Shown piece after piece: positions 53,262-62,049 of a DNA stretch of 64,000 bases (position 1 is its first letter; each line of letters starts with the position of its first letter). This DNA is from a virus. The position numbers were made by a program, and so were the translations under genes. The notes under the pieces are model-generated. The model was not told where the DNA came from. It searched no databases and was given only the letters and a program-made list of their open reading frames with translations. The stretch covers positions 128,309-192,308 of the IMG/VR virus record IMGVR_UViG_3300024518_000034, one strand, 5' to 3'.

Positions 53262-53807
53262 ATGACCGATGTACCAACAAGTTTTTTTACACCATATGAT
53301 TTGAGCGATCAAGTAGCAATAACCGTAGAAAGAGATCTAACGGCAGGGCTACCAGTCTTTGAGAAGGTTTTTAGAGATCAGGGGTTTGTTTCAAACAAGA
53401 CTAAACCAATTATAGGCAGAGTGTTGAGAGGCGAACCAACAAGGGTTGGAAATAGGGCAGCTATAAGAGTGGTAGTGACAGAAAAAGTAGAAAACTGGCA
53501 TGCAACTAGAGTAAAGGATGACATCTATAACTTCAACATTGACTGCCTTTCTAAAATGACAAGTAAGAAAGAAGAAGTAGAAAAGTTTATAAACGTATTT
53601 GGATCAATCGTACAAAGTTATTTAAATAGATTTAGTAATCTACAACCAGTAATCGCAGAAACAGAACCCCCAATTGCTGCATACGATTCCTGGGCCGAAA
53701 GAATGCAAAAGGGATTTGCTCAACAGGGAACATATCGAGTAGCAAGAATAAGCTACTGGATTAAAATACTTAACCCTTATGTCATTAGGCCAAATTTAGT
53801 ATGCTAA
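53262..53807 (+). CDS. putative tail completion/terminator protein
   Basis: Position before the tube-like gene, alpha/beta pattern (YNFNIDC, ARISYWIK). Confidence 0.45.
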   Translation: MTDVPTSFFTPYDLSDQVAITVERDLTAGLPVFEKVFRDQGFVSNKTKPIIGRVLRGEPTRVGNRAAIRVVVTEKVENWHATRVKDDIYNFNIDCLSKMTSKKEEVEKFINVFGSIVQSYLNRFSNLQPVIAETEPPIAAYDSWAERMQKGFAQQGTYRVARISYWIKILNPYVIRPNLVC

Positions 53808-53822
53808 GGAGATTATAGGAAA

Positions 53823-54632
53823 ATGGGAATAATTACAGGACCACAATATATACCAATCGCAGACAGGGTAGCTTGCCAAGCAATAAATTTAGAAAATGCT
53901 ATCAATAAGAATAGGTCTGGAATAAGCTATTATATCCGCGTACACGATAAACTGTGCGAGCTATTACCAGGATTAGGTGATTTTCAAATAGAAAATGACT
54001 TAATCAGCCCAGCCAACTCAACAGATGAAGGTATGGTCTTCGCACCAGGCGCGAGAACATACTTTACCGACATTATTAATGGACTTAATAGTCACGTTGG
54101 ACTAAGAGGAACAGATTTCGGAATATCTACAATGGACAATTACTTGAATAAATCGGGTATTAATGTTCATGAGTTATATAACGAAGCACACTTGGCTGTT
54201 ACTGGTGGAGCGCTTGACGCTGTTAACGTGTACCGTGATGACCAAATTCAGATGGCTCAAATTGATGTAACATCGTCAGGTGTTGGAACATTCACTGACG
54301 GCGAGAAGTTGGGAACAGGAACAGGAGATTTCGTAAGAGACACTGGGCCATTGGTAACTCCAAACAGCGCTGAAGCTAATGTTGAATGGTGTACTCCATC
54401 AGGTATTGGACCAGGCATTGATATTGAAGTAAGAGTGCGTGGAAAGAATGAGCAAGGAAATAGTGTTACTGAAATAGTAACAATACCATCTGGAACTACT
54501 TCTGGAATATGCGCTCAGTTTGGCGCAGACGGATTTAAACTGTTAGATGTAACTTCGATGAGTTTTGCTGGCGGAAACCCAGGGGACATCGTAACAATTA
54601 GATCATTAATTGAAAGAAACTGCGGGCTATAA
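53823..54632 (+). CDS. putative virion structural protein
   Basis: Gly/Thr-rich beta-sandwich C-terminus, located in tail block. Confidence 0.55.
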   Translation: MGIITGPQYIPIADRVACQAINLENAINKNRSGISYYIRVHDKLCELLPGLGDFQIENDLISPANSTDEGMVFAPGARTYFTDIINGLNSHVGLRGTDFGISTMDNYLNKSGINVHELYNEAHLAVTGGALDAVNVYRDDQIQMAQIDVTSSGVGTFTDGEKLGTGTGDFVRDTGPLVTPNSAEANVEWCTPSGIGPGIDIEVRVRGKNEQGNSVTEIVTIPSGTTSGICAQFGADGFKLLDVTSMSFAGGNPGDIVTIRSLIERNCGL

Positions 54633-54635
54633 AAA

Positions 54636-54947
54636 ATGAATAAGCCATTATTAGATTTATTTCATAAAAGGGTCGCTCAAACTGTTGAATATAGTCAAAA
54701 TCCAACAGCAGATTTAATTGAAGCTGCAAGATTAATTCAGAACGTGATCGATAAGGTTAGAAATGAACAAATGGGAACTCAACAAGCTCAAGTACAAGGT
54801 GACGCTGGTTCTGTTACAGTATCGGGATCGCAAATACCTGAATCGTTACAGCAGGCAAAACAAATATGCGTTGATGCGTCAGGACAAATAGGGTCATTGC
54901 TTGCTGCACAAACAGATACAGGACAACCAGTGGGGGGAACAATATAA
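54636..54947 (+). CDS. hypothetical protein
   Basis: Coupled ORF in tail block. Confidence 0.55.
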   Translation: MNKPLLDLFHKRVAQTVEYSQNPTADLIEAARLIQNVIDKVRNEQMGTQQAQVQGDAGSVTVSGSQIPESLQQAKQICVDASGQIGSLLAAQTDTGQPVGGTI

Positions 54948-55480
54948 TGGCTAGAAAAAGAAAAGAAGAAACAGTTTCCAAAACTTTGAAAAAGAAAAGG
55001 AAATACAGAAAGAGAACGTCGAAGGTTGAACCAGTAGTTGAAGAGGTGATTCCTGAGCCAGTACCAGATTGGCCTGAGCTTGGAGAGGAAGATTTTATAG
55101 CAATTACTTACAAAAGTAATAATGGTTCGTTGCAAATCGGAGGTCATACAGTTACCCATGACACTCCACTAATTACGAAAGATCCTCATGGATTGCCAGC
55201 AACTTATGCAATACTTAAATCGATTAAGTTAGTTGACGTTCAAATAATAAGAGATCCACTAAAGTTCGTCAAAGAAATATTCAAACAAGAAGTTAAAGAA
55301 ATTAAGAAAGAAAAAGTAATATCAATGGATGGAGTCGTGTGGATGGGTGATACTCTCTACAAGACAACAGCCTATGGTCAATTTAAAAAAGACGTGCCTC
55401 ATTTTGGATTGTCTCCAGAAGAAGTAGACGAGTTGACTATTAGTGGCCGCTTTGTAAGGGTCAAGAGGGGCCAAGGATAA
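54947..55480 (+). CDS. hypothetical protein
   Basis: Coupled ORF in tail block. Confidence 0.55.
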   Translation: MARKRKEETVSKTLKKKRKYRKRTSKVEPVVEEVIPEPVPDWPELGEEDFIAITYKSNNGSLQIGGHTVTHDTPLITKDPHGLPATYAILKSIKLVDVQIIRDPLKFVKEIFKQEVKEIKKEKVISMDGVVWMGDTLYKTTAYGQFKKDVPHFGLSPEEVDELTISGRFVRVKRGQG

Positions 55481-55574
55481 AAATAAAATTGAGATGGTGT
55501 CAGCAGTGCTTCAGTAGTTTTGATTTTATCTGGGGCCACGTCAGGGGCCTAGAATTGGCTTATAGCAGGTGTAG

Positions 55575-55766
55575 ATGGAAGACTTCCGAGAGAAGCTTAA
55601 AGAAAAATGTAAAAAGTGCGAATTTTATGGCACAAAACTTGATAAGGAACCTTTTTGGGTTCCATGTAAAATAATGATAGAAAAAGTAGAAAACTGTATT
55701 TTTCACTACTCTGATAAAAAAGAATATGAATTTTATCAAGACGTGAAGAAAAAGGAGAATGAATAA
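55575..55766 (+). CDS. hypothetical Cys-containing protein
   Basis: Coupled to the tube-like gene. Confidence 0.45.
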   Translation: MEDFREKLKEKCKKCEFYGTKLDKEPFWVPCKIMIEKVENCIFHYSDKKEYEFYQDVKKKENE

Positions 55767-56746
55767 TGAGTTGTACTCCTCCAAAGGTAGCTATTGGATG
55801 GAAAGGTTTTATGATGCTGGGAACAGCGGTAATGCCTTACCTAACTTTAGACGTATCAGAGAAAATTAATCACATTGTGGCAGACGACGTTCACGGTGGT
55901 GGTATAGGAACCTCACATGGTGCCTACCACTCGCAGATCAATGCCGCTGAAGGACAAATCACTTACGATGGTCGAGTAACTGGCAATGTATATGTAGGGG
56001 CTGGTGGATTCGGAACAGGGTTCAGAAAGTTTCTAGAGAAAACAATTGGTGAGTCAGGAGCCGATACTACAGAAAGAGAATGCGGATTTGACGCATCGTC
56101 TCCATTGATTCTGTCAGCAGGTGGTACTGGTTTAGACGGCGCAAAGTCAATGACCTTCCCAGCAGCCGCTGTTGGACGTGCTGTAGTGGCTTCAATGTCC
56201 CTCAACGGGAACTTAGGTGGACTGGTTGGTTGGGAAGCTGAAATACAAGCATCATCTTTAGGTGATTCAAGTACAGTTCCAGCATTTCCTGGTGGGTTCA
56301 CTTTTGAATCAGGCTCCTCTCTTGGCGCTGGATCTCCAGTACCATATTTTGAGTCAGGTTTCGCTTTCGGCGCTGGTGGTTTAGGCCAAGCTGGTGTAAG
56401 CGATCTAATTACTGGTTGGACAATGAACATAAATAATAATACTCAGCCAGTGTGGACTTTCAACGGTGAACGTTCACCGAGAGATGTCTACCAAGGACAA
56501 ATGGAAGTTACAGGAAACTTTACATATTATCAAGACGGTGGTGACTTTTCGAGACTAAAAAACGGTGCAACACTAACAATTACATTTGGTGATTCACTGG
56601 GCGCTGGGGCTTTGAAACTATTCAGTCCGTACCTCGCTTTAGATCCAAGACCGATTACATCTGGTGGTGTTAATGAAATTACTTCCAGAGAAGTAAACTT
56701 TAGGTGCTTGGGTGCTGCGTCGGGCGGCTCTCTATATATAATCTAA
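55766..56746 (+). CDS. tail tube / major tail protein
   Basis: ITGWTMNINNNTQPVWTFNG.RSPRDVYQGQMEVTGNFTYY and EITSREVNF are typical tube-protein strands. Confidence 0.7.
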   Translation: MSCTPPKVAIGWKGFMMLGTAVMPYLTLDVSEKINHIVADDVHGGGIGTSHGAYHSQINAAEGQITYDGRVTGNVYVGAGGFGTGFRKFLEKTIGESGADTTERECGFDASSPLILSAGGTGLDGAKSMTFPAAAVGRAVVASMSLNGNLGGLVGWEAEIQASSLGDSSTVPAFPGGFTFESGSSLGAGSPVPYFESGFAFGAGGLGQAGVSDLITGWTMNINNNTQPVWTFNGERSPRDVYQGQMEVTGNFTYYQDGGDFSRLKNGATLTITFGDSLGAGALKLFSPYLALDPRPITSGGVNEITSREVNFRCLGAASGGSLYII

Positions 56747-56808
56747 GAGCTTAAGGAATTTAAGTTTCTCGCTTCAACTCAGATAACCATAAGCATCTTA
56801 GTTCACTT

Positions 56809-56837
56809 AGAATACCCCCTAATTGACTAAGATGCCA
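56809..56837 (-). promoter_or_regulatory. antisense copy of the phage promoter (TGGCAT-17-TATTCT-AAGTG) inside an inverted repeat
   Basis: Reverse complement matches the family consensus including downstream AAGTG. Confidence 0.65.
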
Positions 56838-56854
56838 CTAATAAATAATAATTA

Positions 56855-56901
56855 ATCCTGGTCATTACTTAACTAACTTAAGTGATGCCCAGGATTTTTT
56901 T
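56855..56901 (+). terminator. intrinsic terminator ending tail block
   Basis: ATCCTGG..CATTACTT/AAGTGATG..CCAGGAT followed by T7. Confidence 0.75.
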
Positions 56902-56976
56902 GTAGCCAGATTTGGGGTTAGATGGTATACTAGGTGTTATATAAAGAGTAGGTAACATAACCTGAGAGGAAGAGAA

Positions 56977-57159
56977 ATGAAAATCGAAAAAGACACAGTG
57001 GATGATATCAAGGAGATTCTGCAATATAATTGGGAAGATGAGTTGGACGATTTCATCGACTCAGGCTCTGACGAAAATCATGTATTCTGTACCCTCGTTA
57101 GAATCGACAATGCTATCTATAAAACTAAGCATACCCCAGAATATTGGAAAAGAAAGTAG
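56977..57159 (+). CDS. small early protein
   Basis: Promoter plus RBS. Confidence 0.55.
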   Translation: MKIEKDTVDDIKEILQYNWEDELDDFIDSGSDENHVFCTLVRIDNAIYKTKHTPEYWKRK

Positions 57160-57206
57160 TATCATTTACTAACCGCTGTTGGTAGACTAATTGAAAGGAG
57201 AACAAC

Positions 57207-57398
57207 ATGGACAACGAAACATACAGAGCGGTAGGGCTAGCTGAAGGCTTTGTTCACAGTGACGATGAGGAAGAGATTCTTGGAGCCTGGCAGCACCTTA
57301 TCAATACGGGAGTAGTTTGGCAACTTCAGGGTTCTTTCGGAAGAATGGCTAATCAGCTTATCGAGGCAGGCGCATGTCAAACCGCTCAAAACGCTTAG
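57207..57398 (+). CDS. small early protein
   Basis: Promoter plus RBS AAGGAG. AWQHLINTGVVWQLQGSFGRMA..LIEAG motif. Confidence 0.65.
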   Translation: MDNETYRAVGLAEGFVHSDDEEEILGAWQHLINTGVVWQLQGSFGRMANQLIEAGACQTAQNA

Positions 57399-57568
57399 GA
57401 GAGCCCAGGCTGGGCCAGAGAATCAAGTGGACTAAGAACGGGAAAATCATCAAAGGTAGAGTCGTTAATCTAAATCAGAGAATGATTAAGATTAGAAGGA
57501 ATGACGGTGAAATCTTAGAAATGTACCGTTCTGCTTGGGGTCTATTGTTTGACCCAGAAGAAATTTAA
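57374..57568 (+). CDS. small SH3-like beta-barrel protein
   Basis: RLGQRIKWTKNGKIIKGRVV...MIKIR. Confidence 0.45.
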   Translation: MSNRSKRLGEPRLGQRIKWTKNGKIIKGRVVNLNQRMIKIRRNDGEILEMYRSAWGLLFDPEEI

Positions 57569-57580
57569 CGGAGATAAGAA

Positions 57581-57850
57581 ATGACGATAAAGGACTGGGA
57601 AGAGTTTTTTAATTCGGAATTGCCAATTGACCATAGTATCAAAAAGGTAGCTGGAGAGTTTGTCACTTGACCTATGGGTATCCTTTATCCACAGTTTGTG
57701 GAAATTTATGGCGACGGACACAACACGTCGAGCGAGGACATTCCAGAGGATCTGTTGCAGCTTTCTTATGAATTTTACAACGCTGCTTGGGCATTACAAA
57801 AGGTCCAAATGGAGGAAGTCTTTAATAAGATAAAAAGCTGGAAGGAATAA
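57581..57850 (+). pseudogene. 90-codon frame interrupted by a single in-frame TGA (57668-70)
   Basis: MTIKDW...GEFVT*PMGILYP...KSWKE*. Confidence 0.5.
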
Positions 57851-57854
57851 TATA

Positions 57855-58568
57855 ATGGGACTAAAGGTAGTAGCAATATCAGACACGCACAACGACCATA
57901 AACGGCTAGTCCTCCCAGATGGAGATATGCTGATTCATGCTGGCGATTTTACCGGAATGGGAACCAAGAAGGAAGTCAAAAACTTTGTAAAATGGTGGAG
58001 GTTTCAGGATTTCAAATATAAGATACTCATACCTGGAAACCATGACTTTAGGGCACAAAAGCGACCAATACATACTAGAGCAACCGTCTATGGTGGCACT
58101 ACGGAACCTGATGAGAATTGGCACTACTTGGTGGATCAGTCTGTAGTAATTGAGGGTATCAAGTTTTATGGTAGCCCCTGGCAACCCTGGTTCCACGATT
58201 GGGCATTTAATCTGTCTCGGGGTCCAGAAATACGTGAGAAATGGGATCTAATTCCAGAAGATACTGACGTGTTGATTACTCATGGACCGGCCTATGGATA
58301 TGGAGATAGAGTAGCTCAAACGTTTCTAGACATGGACAGGCCGATGAACGATAGTAGTATTGTAAATCAAAGAAAAGGATGCGAGGAGCTTGCTAAAGTA
58401 ATTAAATTAGTTAAGCCCAAGTATCACATATTTGGTCACATCCACGAAGACTATGGGATGTTTAATCAATATAAGGAAGATGAGACTACTTACATAAATG
58501 CGTCTTCTTGTGGTGGTCCAGGTATGTATAGGCTTATAGCCAACAAACCAATTGTTTTTGAAATGTAG
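57855..58568 (+). CDS. calcineurin-like metallophosphoesterase
   Basis: ISDTH, HAGDFT, PGNHD, LITHGP, FGHIHE. Confidence 0.92.
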   Translation: MGLKVVAISDTHNDHKRLVLPDGDMLIHAGDFTGMGTKKEVKNFVKWWRFQDFKYKILIPGNHDFRAQKRPIHTRATVYGGTTEPDENWHYLVDQSVVIEGIKFYGSPWQPWFHDWAFNLSRGPEIREKWDLIPEDTDVLITHGPAYGYGDRVAQTFLDMDRPMNDSSIVNQRKGCEELAKVIKLVKPKYHIFGHIHEDYGMFNQYKEDETTYINASSCGGPGMYRLIANKPIVFEM

Positions 58569-58633
58569 TAGCAATCCTTGAGTTTGCTGGGTATTCTAAC
58601 TGTAAGCAAAACAATACTGGCGAGGGAAGACAA

Positions 58634-59161
58634 ATGGAAACTACTGAAAGTGAATATACAACTCTAAAGGAAATTAGGGAAGTGGTTGAGTGGGCTGCAA
58701 TTCAAGTGGGATACCCCGTAGAAGAACTAATATATCTCGGAATCTCATTTAATAACAGATTCACTCGTCGTATGGGCGATGCTAGTTTTACGAAGGGTAG
58801 AATAAGATTTAGCGGTCCCCTCTGGCCTCACGCTACACCAGAAGACCGTAGGGAAACGATTGTCCACGAATTCTGTCATATTGCAGACAGGTATTTTGGC
58901 AATAAAACTAGACGAGGGCATGGTCCGTCTTGGAAACGTTTGATGCGTCAATGTGGATATGCTGGCGATAGGTGTCACACCGTCAATCCTCCGGGTATGA
59001 GAAGGAAAAACAGAGGCACTAAAGAATATACTTGTGGATGTCCAGGCAAAACTCTCTCTTTGGGAAAGAAAAGAGCAACTAGACAGGCATCAGCAGCTAT
59101 GTATGGTAGAGTGGCATTTAGGTGTCGCCAATGTGGATGTGGATTGGTATTAAAAAAGTAG
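58634..59161 (+). CDS. SprT-like zinc metalloprotease
   Basis: FNNRFTRRMGDA, TIVHEFCH, HGPSWK, YTCGC...FRCRQC. Confidence 0.9.
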   Translation: METTESEYTTLKEIREVVEWAAIQVGYPVEELIYLGISFNNRFTRRMGDASFTKGRIRFSGPLWPHATPEDRRETIVHEFCHIADRYFGNKTRRGHGPSWKRLMRQCGYAGDRCHTVNPPGMRRKNRGTKEYTCGCPGKTLSLGKKRATRQASAAMYGRVAFRCRQCGCGLVLKK

Positions 59162-59209
59162 TAGCAAGTTAAATTCCTTAAGGGTATTCTAAGAAAGAAA
59201 GGACAACAC

Positions 59210-59443
59210 ATGAATAAAGAGCAGCAGAAGAAGGCAGAGGCTATCGTTGAACGCGCAGTCAAGTTCGGCGGTCTGATGAGCGGTGAGGCTAAGGAGATTC
59301 TTGAGGATTCACAGTCTCTTGGTGCCGTTCGTCGCGCTATTGGTGCAGCCCAAAAGAATGGTCTGACTAAGGGCGCTATGCGTCGTGATCGAGAGATGGC
59401 AAAAATCAAGAAAAAGAAGAAGAAAGTGAAGAAAAGCCAATGA
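59210..59443 (+). CDS. small basic early protein
   Basis: Promoter plus RBS. Confidence 0.6.
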   Translation: MNKEQQKKAEAIVERAVKFGGLMSGEAKEILEDSQSLGAVRRAIGAAQKNGLTKGAMRRDREMAKIKKKKKKVKKSQ

Positions 59444-59655
59444 AAATAATCCAAATTGATCAAGGGTTTGGCCCTAGTCCGTACAGCATCTCTCTAGGTG
59501 AAAAGTATACAGTGGATGATATTAAATATCCTCAGTATATGAGAGAAAAGGAAGTAGGTAGGGATGAAAAACCACCTTGGGGCACTACATGGTACACTGA
59601 GGGCGAGGAAGGTTATCTTGAGTATTACAGATCCAATTGGGATACTTCAGGGTAA
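59440..59655 (+). CDS. small early protein
   Basis: ATGA overlap with previous gene. Confidence 0.55.
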   Translation: MKIIQIDQGFGPSPYSISLGEKYTVDDIKYPQYMREKEVGRDEKPPWGTTWYTEGEEGYLEYYRSNWDTSG

Positions 59656-59792
59656 AGTTTTTTTAAAAATGAGTAACCAATCTTACGCTAGAAAGGTATA
59701 ACTAGTGTAGAGGCAACAAAGGAAGTGCTGGGGCCGGATGGGTTCACCCACAGTCGGGTAGAGGTTCAAATCCTCTCACGAGTCAGCAGCAA

Positions 59793-59873
59793 GCGGCTAA
59801 CATAACCAACGGGGCTGTTGGATCACCGGAAACTAATATGGTGGTAAGGTAGGTTCGACTCCTACTAGTCGCC
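59793..59873 (+). ncRNA. tRNA-like RNA with non-canonical D and anticodon arms
   Basis: GCGGCTA/TAGTCGC, CCAAC/GTTGG, ATCACC/GGTGGT with 12-nt loop, GTAGG-TTCGACT-CCTAC. Confidence 0.6.
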
Positions 59874-59905
59874 CTAGAATAAGTTTTTGAAGAAAGGAAA
59901 AGAAT

Positions 59906-60094
59906 ATGACGCACAAACCAATGAAATACTGTGAAATGTGTACAACTCGCATTTATCACGGGGAAGGTAGGTTTTGCAGAGTATGTCAAGGGTATCTTGA
60001 CCATCAACGCAAGGCTAAAGAATCAAAAGAGTTTCTCCATTGGCTTAAGGAAGTTAAGGTAAGCGAAACAAAAATAAAAAAGAGTAGCAATTAG
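59906..60094 (+). CDS. small zinc-finger protein
   Basis: CEMC...FCRVCQ. Confidence 0.5.
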   Translation: MTHKPMKYCEMCTTRIYHGEGRFCRVCQGYLDHQRKAKESKEFLHWLKEVKVSETKIKKSSN

Positions 60095-60190
60095 GAAAGC
60101 TAGTTGGTAATCTAAGTAGAAGCAGCAAACGAAGCAGCCCCAAGGAGGGGTAAAACAAAACTTTTAATCTTTATGAAAGGAGTCATTAAC

Positions 60191-60505
60191 ATGGCTACCA
60201 AGCAAAAGCAGGAAAAGGCACTTCGCGGTCGTCCCATCGAGCATCCTTACGGTGAGTACGCTGAAGCCGTGATCGAAAATCTCAAGTTTCAGGACGCTGG
60301 TGTGGGTCTGAGCAAGTCGGATCTGGTCGATTCTTTCGAGCCTCCGCTCGATACGGGTGTTTGGAACTCGCTCGTTCGTCGTATGCTTCAGGCTGGTCAG
60401 ATCACTCGTGAGGGTGACAAGCGAGGCGCTCTGTACTTTCTCGCTAAGGCGAAGAAGGCTCGCAAGCGCAAGAGCGCGTCGAAGGCTAAGGCCAAGACCG
60501 CGTAA
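60191..60505 (+). CDS. basic winged-helix-like DNA-binding protein
   Basis: LSKSDLV...WNSLVRRMLQAGQITREGDKRGALYFL plus Lys/Ala tail. Start at ATG 60191. Confidence 0.65.
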   Translation: MATKQKQEKALRGRPIEHPYGEYAEAVIENLKFQDAGVGLSKSDLVDSFEPPLDTGVWNSLVRRMLQAGQITREGDKRGALYFLAKAKKARKRKSASKAKAKTA

Positions 60506-60661
60506 CAGTCAATTGTAGACTGGGAGTGGGGTGCGTATACTCCGTCAATCACGCACACTCTAAGGAGTTTAAAAGCCCACAAGGACTTAAAGAGATTGCT
60601 GAAAAACACAAGCTGCAAATTCCAGCAATTTTGAAAGAAAGACTCGATAAGGAGAGCAATC

Positions 60662-61021
60662 ATGGATAAACAGCAAACTTTTGACAAGGTAGTTACTCAT
60701 CTTTTGACGCAGAACGAGAAGGCTCAAGATGAGTACGACTGTCTCTATCGTCATCCACTAAGTGGAAACACTTGTGCAGTAGGGTGTTTGATCTCTGAAG
60801 AGATGTACCATGAAAGTATGGAATATACTCCTCTCAAGGATCTGATTCTGGATCATCCTGAATTGCGTCCAATCATCGAACCGCAACTCGATCTGTTGAC
60901 TGAGCTACAAAAGGTTCACGATAGTTTCGACGTTAGTCGTTGGCCTTCTGAGCTTGTTGAGCTTGCAGATAAGCAGATTTTGGAAACTCCAGAAATTTTG
61001 AAAAAAGCAGTAGCACTTTAA
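60662..61021 (+). CDS. conserved phage hypothetical protein
   Basis: QQTFDKVVTHLLTQ...CLYR...CAVGCLI...LQKVHD. Confidence 0.7.
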   Translation: MDKQQTFDKVVTHLLTQNEKAQDEYDCLYRHPLSGNTCAVGCLISEEMYHESMEYTPLKDLILDHPELRPIIEPQLDLLTELQKVHDSFDVSRWPSELVELADKQILETPEILKKAVAL

Positions 61022-61056
61022 TCTGCTTAAAGGTATTCTAAGTAAGGAAAGAAACA

Positions 61057-61260
61057 ATGAGTGAAAATACAAACAGTAGCAGCAGTAGCAATGGACTAGG
61101 ATTTGGAACAGTTTTGTTCCTTATCTTTCTAGTGCTAAAGCTAACAGGACATATCACATGGTCATGGGTGTGGGTAACTGCACCACTATGGATTCCACTA
61201 GCAATCATATTGCCCATAGTGTTGTTCTGTCTTACAATGCACTTCATCACAAGTAGGTAA
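61057..61260 (+). CDS. small two-TM phage membrane protein
   Basis: GLGFGTVLFLIFLVLKLTGHITWSWVWVTAPLWIP. Confidence 0.75.
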   Translation: MSENTNSSSSSNGLGFGTVLFLIFLVLKLTGHITWSWVWVTAPLWIPLAIILPIVLFCLTMHFITSR

Positions 61261-61275
61261 AAAAAGGATAAAATC

Positions 61276-61494
61276 ATGAAACACCAGCGTCAGTATAAGG
61301 TCAAGAAAGCGATTCCTAACAAAAGGAATCCTATCGTGCGAATCGCACGCCAACGTAATGGCGCTGGTTTCATGAAGGACAAGCGAACTCGCCGTGGCGG
61401 GTCGCGCAACCAGCAAGCTGATTGGCTCGCTGAGTGGGAGGATGATGAGTATGAGACGGAAAATCGAGAAGGCGCTCAAGAAAGCAGGATTTGA
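61276..61494 (+). CDS. small basic protein
   Basis: RNPIVRIARQRNGAGFMKDKR..R motif. Confidence 0.55.
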   Translation: MKHQRQYKVKKAIPNKRNPIVRIARQRNGAGFMKDKRTRRGGSRNQQADWLAEWEDDEYETENREGAQESRI

Positions 61495-61636
61495 GAAGAC
61501 ATTTGGTGGTAACCATGACCTATGGAAACATCCAGATGGAAGGTTCTGGGCTATGCCCAACAAGCTAAAGAATGGTTCTGAAAAGAGGCTGAAAATTTAC
61601 CTGTCTCAACTAAAAAGACTAGAAATTCTGGTCTAA
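61451..61636 (+). CDS. HicA-like (dsRBD fold) mRNA interferase-like protein
   Basis: IEKALKKAGFEKTFGGNHDLWKHPDGR...MP. Start moved to 61451. Confidence 0.65.
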   Translation: MRRKIEKALKKAGFEKTFGGNHDLWKHPDGRFWAMPNKLKNGSEKRLKIYLSQLKRLEILV

Positions 61637-61645
61637 GGAGAAAAA

Positions 61646-61909
61646 ATGACGGCACAAGAAGCAGCAGAAAAGGTTAGTAAGGAACACAAGGGAAGTTTTC
61701 AAATTGACGAGGGGGCGACATTCGGTTCTGCACTTTCGAGCGCTCTACGAGATAAGGGATGGAAGAGTGCTAAGATGTATAGCGCTTGCAGCAAGGCTAC
61801 TTTTCAAACTAAACTACAAGAGCCAGACAGTGAAAAGGTAGTAAATATCACTTCTGCATTCTTCTTGGGCTCATTCACCCAAGTAGATTTTTATCCACAA
61901 AATTGGTAG
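61646..61909 (+). CDS. hypothetical protein
   Basis: RBS AAGGAG. Confidence 0.55.
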   Translation: MTAQEAAEKVSKEHKGSFQIDEGATFGSALSSALRDKGWKSAKMYSACSKATFQTKLQEPDSEKVVNITSAFFLGSFTQVDFYPQNW

Positions 61910-62049
61910 CATTTAGATACCCTGGATGGTATTCTAAGTGAGAGGAGAAGAACGAACAAGAAACCAACCCTCCTCTCTCGGGCCAGTGGGCCGCGCATAC
62001 TGATGCAATAACGCGGACGTACAATAAAGCACAAAACGGAGAGATTGCA

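Noticed and set aside
59730-59760. tRNA-Sec suggested by TGGG-TTCA-CCCA
   Set aside because: The loop is only 4 nt, and there is no long variable arm or extended acceptor stem.
59828-59839. Amber suppressor anticodon (CTA) in the 12-nt loop
   Set aside because: The loop is not a 7-nt anticodon loop and lacks U33 before CTA. There is no evidence of TAG readthrough in genes.
61975-62040. Hammerhead ribozyme (CTGATG core in a GC-rich intergenic hairpin region)
   Set aside because: The core reads CTGATGC rather than CTGATGA and there is no correctly placed GAAA. It may still be a structured leader.
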